Shown: one piece after another, positions 1 through 8,206 of the stretch
Layout: each line of letters starts with the position of its first letter
How positions within the stretch are numbered: position 1 is the first letter of the stretch
DNA from: a virus
Lineage: Duplodnaviria > Caudoviricetes
Virus record (IMG/VR): IMGVR_UViG_3300008262_000247
Location: 1-56,059 of that record
Reading direction: 5' to 3' (one strand)
Length of the DNA: 56,059 nucleotides
Notes under the pieces: model-generated
What the model was told of the DNA's origin: nothing
Database searches by the model: none
The model's input: the letters and a program-made list of their open reading frames with translations, nothing else
Translations under genes and position numbers: made by a program

Positions 1-1
1 C

Positions 2-52
2 TCAAACGAATTAGCTAACCGCTTTAAGCAATTAGCTGGTATCGTAAAATAA
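2..52 (+). CDS. 3' end of upstream gene, probably prohead core/scaffold protein (partial)
   Basis: Reads SNELANRFKQLAGIVK*. The R(F/M)xxLAG(I/L) C-terminal motif and the position immediately before the major capsid gene fit a scaffold. Confidence 0.6.
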   Translation, partial: SNELANRFKQLAGIVK

Positions 53-76
53 CAATCCATAAAAAAATAATAAAAA

Positions 77-1126
77 ATGGCAAATTTTGATTTAGGAAAA
101 CTTATGGAAGGCAAAAACCCACAAGCTGTAATGTTGGCTGAAACTCGTCAACTTAAGAACAAATGGGAAAAAACTGGTCTTCTTGAAGGTTTAAAAGAAA
201 GAGAGCAACACTCTATGGCAGTGTTGTTAGAGAACCAAGCTAAGCAATTACTTGATGAGGCAACTCAAACAGGTACTTCTACTGGTTCTGAAGAATGGTC
301 TGGAGTAGCATTACCATTGGTAAGAAGAATTTTTGGTGAAATCGCAGCGAAAGAATTCGTTAGCGTACAACCAATGAACTTACCTTCTGGTCTTGTATTC
401 TTCTTAGATTTCAAATATGGTTCATCTCAAGGTGGTCCTTTACAGTTCGCTGGTAAATCACTTTTCGGTGGTACTAACACAACTGGTTCTGCGGCTAACT
501 TCGGTAGAACTAACTCAGCTGTAAACGGTCTTTACGGCGAAGGTAAATACGGATATTCAGTAAATGACGCTTCTGCAGCTTCATTAACTACATCTGCAGC
601 AACAGCTTCTTGGGCTGATGTTGGATTTGATGGTGCACTTTCTGCTTCTGCAGCTAAAGGTGATATCGTTAAATTAACTATTTCTTATGCAGGTGGTGCA
701 AACGAATTACCTGCAACTTCTGATGTAAACGCAGTACGTTCATTCCAAGTAGGCGCTGTTGGTAGCGGTACTTTGAATACTACTCTTGGTCAATTCAACT
801 ATTCATCTGGTACAAACGTAGTATTGTTCGTATCAATGTCTAAAGGTGCTAACCCATCTACATCAACTGTAATCTATTCTGAGCAACCAGTTGCTTACGA
901 TAGAGGTGATTTTGAAGATTCAACTGCAAATAGCGCTGGTAACACAACTACTGCATTGGATATTCCTGAAATTGATCTTGAATTAAAATCAGAGGCTATT
1001 GTTGCTAAGACTCGTAAGTTGAAAGCAGTATGGACTCCTGAATTAGCGCAAGACTTAAACGCTTACCATTCAATTGATGCAGAAGCTGAATTAACTTCTA
1101 TGTTATCTGATTATATCAAACTTTAG
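77..1126 (+). CDS. gp23: Major capsid protein, T4 gp23-like, N-terminal part (gene interrupted at ~1117)
   Basis: gp23-family motifs LPLVRR, VSVQPMNLPSGLVFFLDF and AKTRKLKAVWTPELAQDLNAYHSIDAEAELTSMLS. The frame stops just before the expected EIDxEI helix. Confidence 0.93.
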   Translation: MANFDLGKLMEGKNPQAVMLAETRQLKNKWEKTGLLEGLKEREQHSMAVLLENQAKQLLDEATQTGTSTGSEEWSGVALPLVRRIFGEIAAKEFVSVQPMNLPSGLVFFLDFKYGSSQGGPLQFAGKSLFGGTNTTGSAANFGRTNSAVNGLYGEGKYGYSVNDASAASLTTSAATASWADVGFDGALSASAAKGDIVKLTISYAGGANELPATSDVNAVRSFQVGAVGSGTLNTTLGQFNYSSGTNVVLFVSMSKGANPSTSTVIYSEQPVAYDRGDFEDSTANSAGNTTTALDIPEIDLELKSEAIVAKTRKLKAVWTPELAQDLNAYHSIDAEAELTSMLSDYIKL

Positions 1127-1554
1127 GTGTTAAAATCAATAAGGTATCTAATAAGATTCACCAATTGACTTTAAGAGGTGGTGCTAACTTCTTAGTTGCA
1201 TCTCCTGATGTATGTACTATCTTGGAATCAATTCCTGGATTCACAGTTAACGCTGATAAAGATGCAATGCAATTTGCAGCTGGTGTAACTGCAATCGGTT
1301 CTATGAGCAACAGATACACTGTTTATAAGAATCCTTATATGACTTCTAACGAAATCTTATTAGGTTTCAGAGGTAATAACTTCTTAGAGACTGGTGCTGT
1401 TTACGCTCCATATGTACCATTGATTATGACTCCATTAGTGTATGACCCACAAAACTTCACTCCAAGAAGAGGTGTGATGACTAGATACGCTAAGAAGATG
1501 GTAAGACCAGAATTCTATGGTAAGATTTTTGTTAAAGATTTAGCTAATATCTAA
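1117..1554 (+). CDS. gp23: Major capsid protein, C-terminal part (different frame, no credible own start)
   Basis: Frame from 1117 reads QTLGVKINKVSNKIHQLTLRGGANFLVASP...GAVYAPYVPL...DPQNFTPRRGVMTRYA, the conserved gp23 C-terminus. The ORF track starts it at 1165. Confidence 0.9.
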   Translation, partial: QTLGVKINKVSNKIHQLTLRGGANFLVASPDVCTILESIPGFTVNADKDAMQFAAGVTAIGSMSNRYTVYKNPYMTSNEILLGFRGNNFLETGAVYAPYVPLIMTPLVYDPQNFTPRRGVMTRYAKKMVRPEFYGKIFVKDLANI

Positions 1555-1584
1555 TCTTAATAGAATCTAACTACGATTCATAAT

Positions 1585-1616
1585 AAAAAGGGGGTGAGAA
1601 ATCACTCCCTTTTTTT
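1585..1616 (+). terminator. Rho-independent terminator after capsid gene
   Basis: AAAAAGGGGGTGA-GAAA-TCACTCCCTTTTTTT hairpin plus U-tract. Confidence 0.88.
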
Positions 1617-1628
1617 GCTTATTACGTG

Positions 1629-1637
1629 ATATTTATA
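1629..1637 (+). promoter_or_regulatory. ATATTTATA putative late promoter
   Basis: Motif recurs in 11 intergenic regions, shortly upstream of structural genes. Confidence 0.6.
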
Positions 1638-1653
1638 ATAAATAAATTAAGAA

Positions 1654-2757
1654 ATGGGACAGATAAAAGGAAATCCTGCATCGGACCGCTCACCTCAAAA
1701 TCAAGCATATACTAATTTATATGGTGTGGGTAGCGCGGCATATAGAGATATGGGTTCAAAACCGGTAATGATTGATGACCAAACTACACTTGATGCTGTG
1801 GTTGATTCGGGTTCATTAAAATACACACAAGGATATGCAAAAGATACCGATTTAACGGATGGCACTATTAATGCAGCATTTAATACACTTACGGCAAATG
1901 AATATTATGTAACTATATATTCATCATCAATACTTTTTTCTTCCGGTTCAACTTTATTGGGGGATTCTTTAGATGATAGGCATCAAATAACCGGTTCTCT
2001 TAATGTAACTGGCTCTACATCATTTTTAGGTACACATACGTTAAGTGGTAGTAATACTATTGTTGGTAATACTTTAATGACGGGAACTAATACTATTATT
2101 GGTAACACTGTTATGAGTGGTAGTATTGATGTAAGTGGTAGTTCTAATTTTCATAACTCATTATTCATAGTAACTGGGTCTCAATTTTATACAGGTTCTT
2201 CCGATTATAAGGGTAATCAAACCATTACGGGCTCTTTGGATGTTAATGGTAATATAAATGTAGCAAGTGGTTCTGAATTTTATTTAGCAGGAAATAGATT
2301 ATTCAATTGGGGACAGTTTAGTGATACATCAACACAAAGTGGGTCTGCAAATACTGCTTATTCAATGAAGTTTAACACAACGGATTTTACACACCATATT
2401 GTTATAGAAAATGGTACAAGAATTAAAGTTGAACACACTGGGATATACAATTTACAATTTTCGGCACAATTATCAAATACCGCAAACACAAATATTACAT
2501 TTGATATATGGTTAGCATATACTGGAAGTAATGTTGTAAATTCAAACACACAATTGGATGTAAATAAATCCGCAGCACAGTTGGGTAGAAGTGTTGCAGC
2601 TTGGAATTATATGATGCCAATTAAAGCAAATGATTATATTGAATTAAAATGGAGTTGCAATGCAGCCACCGGTCAATTGGTAGCAATTGGTCCACAAACT
2701 ACACCTGATAGACCAGCAGTTCCATCGGTAATTGCAACATTGACACAAATAGGATAG
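1654..2757 (+). CDS. Putative virion decoration/fibre protein
   Basis: TGS/SGS beta-strand repeats. Shares the SSSxxxSSGSxxxGD..QxTGS module with ORFs 20634 and 32981. C-terminal GIYNLQFSAQL...DYIEL segment suggests a beta-sandwich head. Confidence 0.6.
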   Translation: MGQIKGNPASDRSPQNQAYTNLYGVGSAAYRDMGSKPVMIDDQTTLDAVVDSGSLKYTQGYAKDTDLTDGTINAAFNTLTANEYYVTIYSSSILFSSGSTLLGDSLDDRHQITGSLNVTGSTSFLGTHTLSGSNTIVGNTLMTGTNTIIGNTVMSGSIDVSGSSNFHNSLFIVTGSQFYTGSSDYKGNQTITGSLDVNGNINVASGSEFYLAGNRLFNWGQFSDTSTQSGSANTAYSMKFNTTDFTHHIVIENGTRIKVEHTGIYNLQFSAQLSNTANTNITFDIWLAYTGSNVVNSNTQLDVNKSAAQLGRSVAAWNYMMPIKANDYIELKWSCNAATGQLVAIGPQTTPDRPAVPSVIATLTQIG

Positions 2758-2780
2758 TATTATATTTCATATAAAAAACT

Positions 2781-2808
2781 AAAAAGGAGTGTAACCCACT
2801 CCTTTTTT
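2781..2808 (+). terminator. Rho-independent terminator
   Basis: AAAAAGGAGTG-TAACC-CACTCCTTTTTT. Confidence 0.85.
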
Positions 2809-2832
2809 ATTTTACCCCTTTAGAGAAACTTT

Positions 2833-2841
2833 ATATTTATA
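2833..2841 (+). promoter_or_regulatory. ATATTTATA putative late promoter
   Basis: Recurring motif, 20 nt upstream of ATG 2862. Confidence 0.6.
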
Positions 2842-2861
2842 GTGGTAAACACACTAAATAT

Positions 2862-3239
2862 ATGGCAGCAGGTAAATATTCATTCATTATAGAGCAGGGA
2901 GCAACCACAAATTTTCAAATAAATTGGACAGATGAAAGTGGCTCTGCAGTAAATTTAACTGGTTATCAAGGAAGAATGCAGTTAAGAACTTCTTACGAAA
3001 CATCTCCATTACTTTCCCTATCGTCATCGCTAAAAGCAGATGGAACTGGTATTAATTTAAGTGGGTCTAATGGAACAACACCATTATCTTCTGGTTCAAT
3101 AGCAGTGTACATATCAGCAGCATCTTCATCACTTTTAGATTTTAGTGAAGCACTTTACGATTTGGAAATGGTAAAAGGAAATGAAGTTACCCGTTTATTA
3201 GAAGGTAAGGTTAAGTTATCTAAAAACGTAACTAAGTAA
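2862..3239 (+). CDS. Small Ig-like virion protein
   Basis: IEQGATT...NLTGY.GRMQLR...YDLEM...VTRLLEG pattern, common in phage structural modules. Confidence 0.6.
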   Translation: MAAGKYSFIIEQGATTNFQINWTDESGSAVNLTGYQGRMQLRTSYETSPLLSLSSSLKADGTGINLSGSNGTTPLSSGSIAVYISAASSSLLDFSEALYDLEMVKGNEVTRLLEGKVKLSKNVTK

Positions 3240-3242
3240 CAA

Positions 3243-3638
3243 ATGTCCGTAGAAATAAAAAAAGATATAACAACTGTCCAAGTTGAAGTCCCAAAGACCA
3301 ATGTAGCGGTAGAAAATGCTGTTACAAATATTAATGTCCAAACTTCTCAACCACATATTATAATATCGCAAGCCGGAGTTAGTGGTAGAGACGGAACATC
3401 AGGAACATCTGGGGTTTCAATAGATATTTCTTCATTTACAACAACTGGTTCAAATCAATTTAATGGAAATCAAACCATAACCGGTTCTTTAAATATTAGT
3501 GGTAATAATTCAACCATAATATTACCAAATCATTCAACTGCACCAACTTCACCTTTATCTGGAGCACTTTATTTTAACACTAGCGATTTTCATTTTTACG
3601 GATGGAATGGTGGACAATGGAAACAATTAGATAATTAA
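3243..3638 (+). CDS. Small virion protein with short G-x-S triplets
   Basis: SGRDGTSGTSG, TTGSNQFNGNQTITGSL, and a C-terminal GALYFNT..FYGWNGGQW fibre-type motif. Confidence 0.55.
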   Translation: MSVEIKKDITTVQVEVPKTNVAVENAVTNINVQTSQPHIIISQAGVSGRDGTSGTSGVSIDISSFTTTGSNQFNGNQTITGSLNISGNNSTIILPNHSTAPTSPLSGALYFNTSDFHFYGWNGGQWKQLDN

Positions 3639-3670
3639 TCCTCTTTAAATTACTAAACTTACTATTTCTA

Positions 3671-3679
3671 ATATTTATA
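3671..3679 (+). promoter_or_regulatory. ATATTTATA putative late promoter
   Basis: Recurring motif upstream of ATG 3705. Confidence 0.6.
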
Positions 3680-3704
3680 GGTAACGTTAAAATAAGTACT
3701 TATA

Positions 3705-4871
3705 ATGGCATTAGAAACATTAATATATCCTGGTTCATCTTCGTTTTTCCCAGGGCAAACCCCTTTTGGAATATATGATAATGATTATGAGTTCCAAGAG
3801 GAAGCACCTAAAGTTGCTCTTTGGTGTGCTAGAAGATTGGGATATCCTATTCAAAATATAGAACTTTTAGATGAAAATTTCTACGCTTGTTTGGAAGAAG
3901 CCGTATCGGAATATGGTGCGCAAGTAAACCAATTCAACATTCGTAATAATTTGGATACTTTAAGGGGAAAATCTAAAAGTACAAATCTTTCAAGCAAATT
4001 AATTCAGGGTTCAAATTTACCTACTTTAATTGGTATTTCCGATGCATATGGAACATTAGCAGGAGTTGGTGGAAATACCGATATTAAAAAGGGATATATT
4101 GAATTAGTTCCTGGTCAGCAGGAATATAATTTAGATACTTTATGGGCTTCGGTTTCCGAAAGCGGAAAACGTATTGAAGTAGTTAAAGTATTTCATGAAC
4201 CAGTACCGGCAATCAACAGATTCTTTGACCCGTATTCGGTAAGTGGACAAGGTACATTAAACTTAATTGATGAATTTGGATTTGGTTCGTATTCACCGGC
4301 AGCACAATTTATATTGATGCCAATGTTTGAAGATATGTTAAGAATTCAGGCAATTGAGTTCAATGACCAATTCAGAAAATCGGCATTTACTTTCAATATT
4401 GTAAATGGAAAAATTCAAGTATTTCCACGACCAACATCTCAAAATATCAATCTTTATGGAAAATTATATTTTGATTATTTTGTAAAGGATGAATTTGTAA
4501 CAAACTCAACAACGGTAACACCAAGTGTAATCTCCGATTATTCGGATATTCCTTATGATTTTATGGAGTACAGTGGAATTAATGATGTTGGTAAACAATG
4601 GATTAGAAAATATACACTTGCATTAGTAAAAGAAATGTTGGGTGCCGTAAGAGAAAAATATTCAACAATACCGATACCTGGTTCTGAAATTCAATTAGAT
4701 GGCGCGGCATTGAGAGCAGAAGCAACAACTGAAAAGGAAGCTCTGATGACTCAATTAAGAGAAACATTGGAAGAATTGAGCAGAACAAAGCAGTTTGAAA
4801 ATAGAAATACAGAAGCTACTGCTCATCAAGAAATGTTACGAAAAGTACCTTTAGCAATCTATATAGGTTAA
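3705..4871 (+). CDS. Neck protein / head-tail adaptor (T4 gp13-like)
   Basis: RRLGYPIQNIEL, WIRKYTLALVKEMLGAVREKYSTIPIPG..LDG..L and the terminal PLAIYIG match gp13-family motifs. Synteny agrees. Confidence 0.8.
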   Translation: MALETLIYPGSSSFFPGQTPFGIYDNDYEFQEEAPKVALWCARRLGYPIQNIELLDENFYACLEEAVSEYGAQVNQFNIRNNLDTLRGKSKSTNLSSKLIQGSNLPTLIGISDAYGTLAGVGGNTDIKKGYIELVPGQQEYNLDTLWASVSESGKRIEVVKVFHEPVPAINRFFDPYSVSGQGTLNLIDEFGFGSYSPAAQFILMPMFEDMLRIQAIEFNDQFRKSAFTFNIVNGKIQVFPRPTSQNINLYGKLYFDYFVKDEFVTNSTTVTPSVISDYSDIPYDFMEYSGINDVGKQWIRKYTLALVKEMLGAVREKYSTIPIPGSEIQLDGAALRAEATTEKEALMTQLRETLEELSRTKQFENRNTEATAHQEMLRKVPLAIYIG

Positions 4872-4875
4872 TATT

Positions 4876-5331
4876 ATGGCAAGATTTGCATTATCAAGAG
4901 ATATAAAGTTCTTTGAAAGCATAGCCAGAGAACTGGTTGATGTTGTTGTTGAAACAAGTGTAGTTTTATATAAACTCATTATAGAAGATAGTAAAACAAA
5001 TCTATATGGTGAATCATTAAATAAAACTTATTATCAAGGATTAGAGTGTACTGCATTAATTGAAAGAGAATCATCAACAACTGAATATGAAGGATTTGGT
5101 GCGGATAAAAATCAATTGGTTGAATTCCGTTTTAATAGATTTACTTTAGAAGATAAAGGATTTTATCCTGAAGTTGGTGATATTATTTTTCATAATAACG
5201 CTTATTTTGAAATTGATAATATAAGAGAAGACCAGTTGATTGGTGGACAAGTTGATAATAAATTTTCAATTATTTGTTCTACATTTATGACTAGAAGAAG
5301 TACTATACAAACTGAAATGAGAATCATATAA
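4876..5331 (+). CDS. Head closure/neck protein (T4 gp14-like)
   Basis: NLYGES, FG, PEVGDII...YFEI motifs. Follows the gp13-like gene. Confidence 0.72.
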   Translation: MARFALSRDIKFFESIARELVDVVVETSVVLYKLIIEDSKTNLYGESLNKTYYQGLECTALIERESSTTEYEGFGADKNQLVEFRFNRFTLEDKGFYPEVGDIIFHNNAYFEIDNIREDQLIGGQVDNKFSIICSTFMTRRSTIQTEMRII

Positions 5332-6392
5332 TGGAAAAAAGAGAAACAAATAGAGCAAAACATCGTCCAATTGATAAAGAATTTATCAAAGGTGTAAAAA
5401 TAATAGATGTAGATACGGCTATTTCAGAGTATATGTCTAAAGTTATTATTCCTGATTTAGAAGAAAATGGTAATTTATTAAAAGTTCCATTGATATATGG
5501 AAATGCTGAAAGATGGGAAGGTGCTAGAAAGCAAGGATATTTGAGAGATGCTAGAGGTAGAATTCAAATACCTATGGTAATGTTTAAAAGAAACAGTGTA
5601 CAAAGAGACGAAAATTTACCACACTTTAGAGAAGCGATTACAATGCCTTTTGCAAAAAAATATTCTGCAAAAAATAGATATGATAAGTTTTCAATATTAA
5701 ATAATGCAAAGCCGGTTTACGAATATTATAATGTTGCAGTTCCGGCATATGTAACGGTTACTTACGATGTGATTATATGGACATCTTTTACGGAACATAT
5801 GAATAAAATCATAGAGGCATATCAAAACGAAACTGATAAATATTGGGGTACTGAACAAGGTTTTAAATTTAGGTCAAAAATTGATTCTTTTGAAACAACA
5901 CAAGAAGTTTCACAAGGAACTGAAAGAATTATAAGAACAAATTTTACAATTGATGTTAGTGCTTATTTATTGCCAGAACAAGTAAATAATAAACCAACGG
6001 TTACAAAAGCATTCTCACCAAAAAGAATTGTATTTGGATTGGAAACTGATTTAACAGGTGGTAATTTTACAAATGCAAATGCATATAATGAATATGCGAG
6101 TGTAATTAATTTTGTAGCCATAAGAGGTTCTCAGATGGCAACTTTTGTAAACTCAACAACTGCAAAATTAACTAATGTAAAAAAACCATTATTACCTTCG
6201 GAGTTAATTGGTGTATTTGATACTGATAACTGGTTTAAAGTTTATATCAATGGAGATTTTATCTCTCCATCTTTTTATACATATACATACAACGGTACTA
6301 CTAAAGAAATATATTTTAACTTTTCTAATTTAAGTTTTACGTTGGATGCAAATGATGAAATAGCTATAACTGGTAAATTTCAAGAACTATGA
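5331..6392 (+). CDS. Tail terminator / sheath stabiliser (T4 gp15-like) with extra C-terminal domain
   Basis: KVPLIYG..ERW, IPMVMF, VPAYVTVTYDVIIWT...MNKIIE, RTNFTIDVSAYL. Synteny agrees. Confidence 0.75.
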   Translation: MEKRETNRAKHRPIDKEFIKGVKIIDVDTAISEYMSKVIIPDLEENGNLLKVPLIYGNAERWEGARKQGYLRDARGRIQIPMVMFKRNSVQRDENLPHFREAITMPFAKKYSAKNRYDKFSILNNAKPVYEYYNVAVPAYVTVTYDVIIWTSFTEHMNKIIEAYQNETDKYWGTEQGFKFRSKIDSFETTQEVSQGTERIIRTNFTIDVSAYLLPEQVNNKPTVTKAFSPKRIVFGLETDLTGGNFTNANAYNEYASVINFVAIRGSQMATFVNSTTAKLTNVKKPLLPSELIGVFDTDNWFKVYINGDFISPSFYTYTYNGTTKEIYFNFSNLSFTLDANDEIAITGKFQEL

Positions 6393-6745
6393 ACATAAAT
6401 CATATTAAAAATATAATGAAAGAAGTGAATGAACCAAATGAATTTCAATTAGAAGCATTTGATTTATCACATCCTTATTATTGGATTTTTAGAGTAAAAA
6501 ATGTAAGAATAAAAACATTATATAAAGATTTAGAAAGATTGAGAAAGCCAACCGCTAGATTTGATGTTTTCATAAATGGTTTATTTATAAGAGAAAATGA
6601 TTATGTGTTTGAAATGGAAGTTAATGATTTTTATGTAAAATTTATAAAATCTCAATTTCCAGAATTTGACAGATTTGGTAATCCATATCAATTAGATGAA
6701 ACCGATGAAATAAAAATTAATGGTGATTTAGAAATATTTAAGTAA
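6389..6745 (+). CDS. Hypothetical protein, paralogous to gp15-like C-terminal domain
   Basis: FDVFINGLFI..DY...DEIKING. Start overlaps the previous stop (ATGA). Confidence 0.6.
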   Translation: MNINHIKNIMKEVNEPNEFQLEAFDLSHPYYWIFRVKNVRIKTLYKDLERLRKPTARFDVFINGLFIRENDYVFEMEVNDFYVKFIKSQFPEFDRFGNPYQLDETDEIKINGDLEIFK

Positions 6746-6746
6746 T

Positions 6747-7133
6747 ATGGGAAGAAATTTACCAAATATAGATAATGGGAGAGATTTAATAAAAAGGCAA
6801 AGACTTGCTTTTAAAGAATTTGTTTTAAATGTAAATAAAGATACTTTTATTTATAGTTTTAATCCTGATACTTTGATTTTGGATGAAACTAATACGTTTT
6901 TTACACTTACTTTAATAAATAAAAAAATTATTATAGATAGACTTCAAGTAGATGATTTTAAAGATTACATTGATGTATATTTATTTGGAGTAAAACAGCC
7001 TCAAGATAGATATAGTGTTGAGGTTAGTGGAAATAATATTATTGTTACGTTTTTTGTAGATATCACACGAGTTCCTACTGATGTATTACCTACAAATTTT
7101 GAAATAAAAGGAAAAATATCTGAAATACTATAA
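6747..7133 (+). CDS. Hypothetical protein, similar domain to 6389..6745
   Basis: IDVYLFGVKQ..RY....IIVTF...FEIKG. Tightly coupled to both neighbours. Confidence 0.55.
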   Translation: MGRNLPNIDNGRDLIKRQRLAFKEFVLNVNKDTFIYSFNPDTLILDETNTFFTLTLINKKIIIDRLQVDDFKDYIDVYLFGVKQPQDRYSVEVSGNNIIVTFFVDITRVPTDVLPTNFEIKGKISEIL

Positions 7134-8206
7134 TGGCAAGACTGATACCTCGTAAGCAAATAGAAGAACAACAAGATATAAGTGGTTCACTTAATATTAG
7201 ACAAGATGTTAATATCGGTAATAATGCCATTATTTCTGGTTCACTTTTTGTTTCTAAAAGTTTCTTTTTTGGAAATGATGAAAACGATAAAAGTGAAATA
7301 ACAGGTTCAGTATTTCTGACTGGTTCTCTTACAATAGATGGAGACTTATTAGTAAGTGCACCGGATACAATTCTATCATTTACCGCATCGTTTTCATCTG
7401 AATCACTAGATACACAACGATACGCCGGAATTTTAGCAAAAGATTTTGGTGCAAACCAACCTACATTGTATGTATCTTCAACCGATGGAGATGATACAAA
7501 TGATGGTAGAACTATTCAATATCCACTTCGTACAATTAAAAGAGCAGCTGCATTGGCATCTCCTGGATACGATGGTAGATATGGTTTTGATACAGGTTCA
7601 ATATATAATGGATATGTAATTAAAGTACAGGCTGGAACGTATTTAGAGGATAACCCTGTTATTCTTCCTAAGAATACAACTATTTGGGGTGCAGGTTTGC
7701 GTATTACTAAGATTAACGCTAAAAATCCAGAACAAGACCTTTTTTGGGTAAACTCTGGATGTTATATTGCAGAGGTAACAATGGGTGGTTTAAGATTGTG
7801 GCCAAGTGAGAAAGAGCCGCAAAGAGGATTTGGTGTAGCTTTTCAACCAGGTGCATTTATTACAACTTCACCATACGTTCAGAACTGTTCACAAATTTCT
7901 AACCAAGAGAATTCATTCACCGAACTTTACGAAGAAATTCCTCCAGGCGGTGGTGGTCTTTATGTTAATGGTGATGTGATAGATCCTGATTCTCCGTTGG
8001 CTTCAATGGTATTGGATGCTTATACGCAGATTTCTCCAAATGGTGTGGGGTGTTTGGTAAATGGTAGAGGATTCATTCAGTTGGTATCTTTCTTTAATAA
8101 CTTCTCATATTACGCAATTAGAGTAAACAATGGTGGACATGCTACACTAAACAACTCAAACATTTCGTTTGGTTTGTATGGTATGTATGCTAGTGGTGGC
8201 ATCTAA
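7133..8206 (+). CDS. Giant virion protein, N-terminal part with pectin-lyase-like beta-helix
   Basis: LYVSSTDGDDTNDGRT...PLRTIKRAA, IKVQAGTYLE.NP, SPYVQNCS, YTQI...GVG, QLVSFF are typical of phage beta-helix proteins. The frame breaks at ~8197. Confidence 0.7.
   Translation: MARLIPRKQIEEQQDISGSLNIRQDVNIGNNAIISGSLFVSKSFFFGNDENDKSEITGSVFLTGSLTIDGDLLVSAPDTILSFTASFSSESLDTQRYAGILAKDFGANQPTLYVSSTDGDDTNDGRTIQYPLRTIKRAAALASPGYDGRYGFDTGSIYNGYVIKVQAGTYLEDNPVILPKNTTIWGAGLRITKINAKNPEQDLFWVNSGCYIAEVTMGGLRLWPSEKEPQRGFGVAFQPGAFITTSPYVQNCSQISNQENSFTELYEEIPPGGGGLYVNGDVIDPDSPLASMVLDAYTQISPNGVGCLVNGRGFIQLVSFFNNFSYYAIRVNNGGHATLNNSNISFGLYGMYASGGI

Noticed and set aside
1117-1165. Group I intron or intein splitting the capsid gene
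   Set aside because: Sequence is missing rather than inserted, and the two halves abut directly.
8169-8198. MVCMVCML as a real Cys-rich N-terminus
   Set aside because: It overlaps the conserved-looking FGLYGMYASG frame of the upstream ORF and is an artefact of the frame break.
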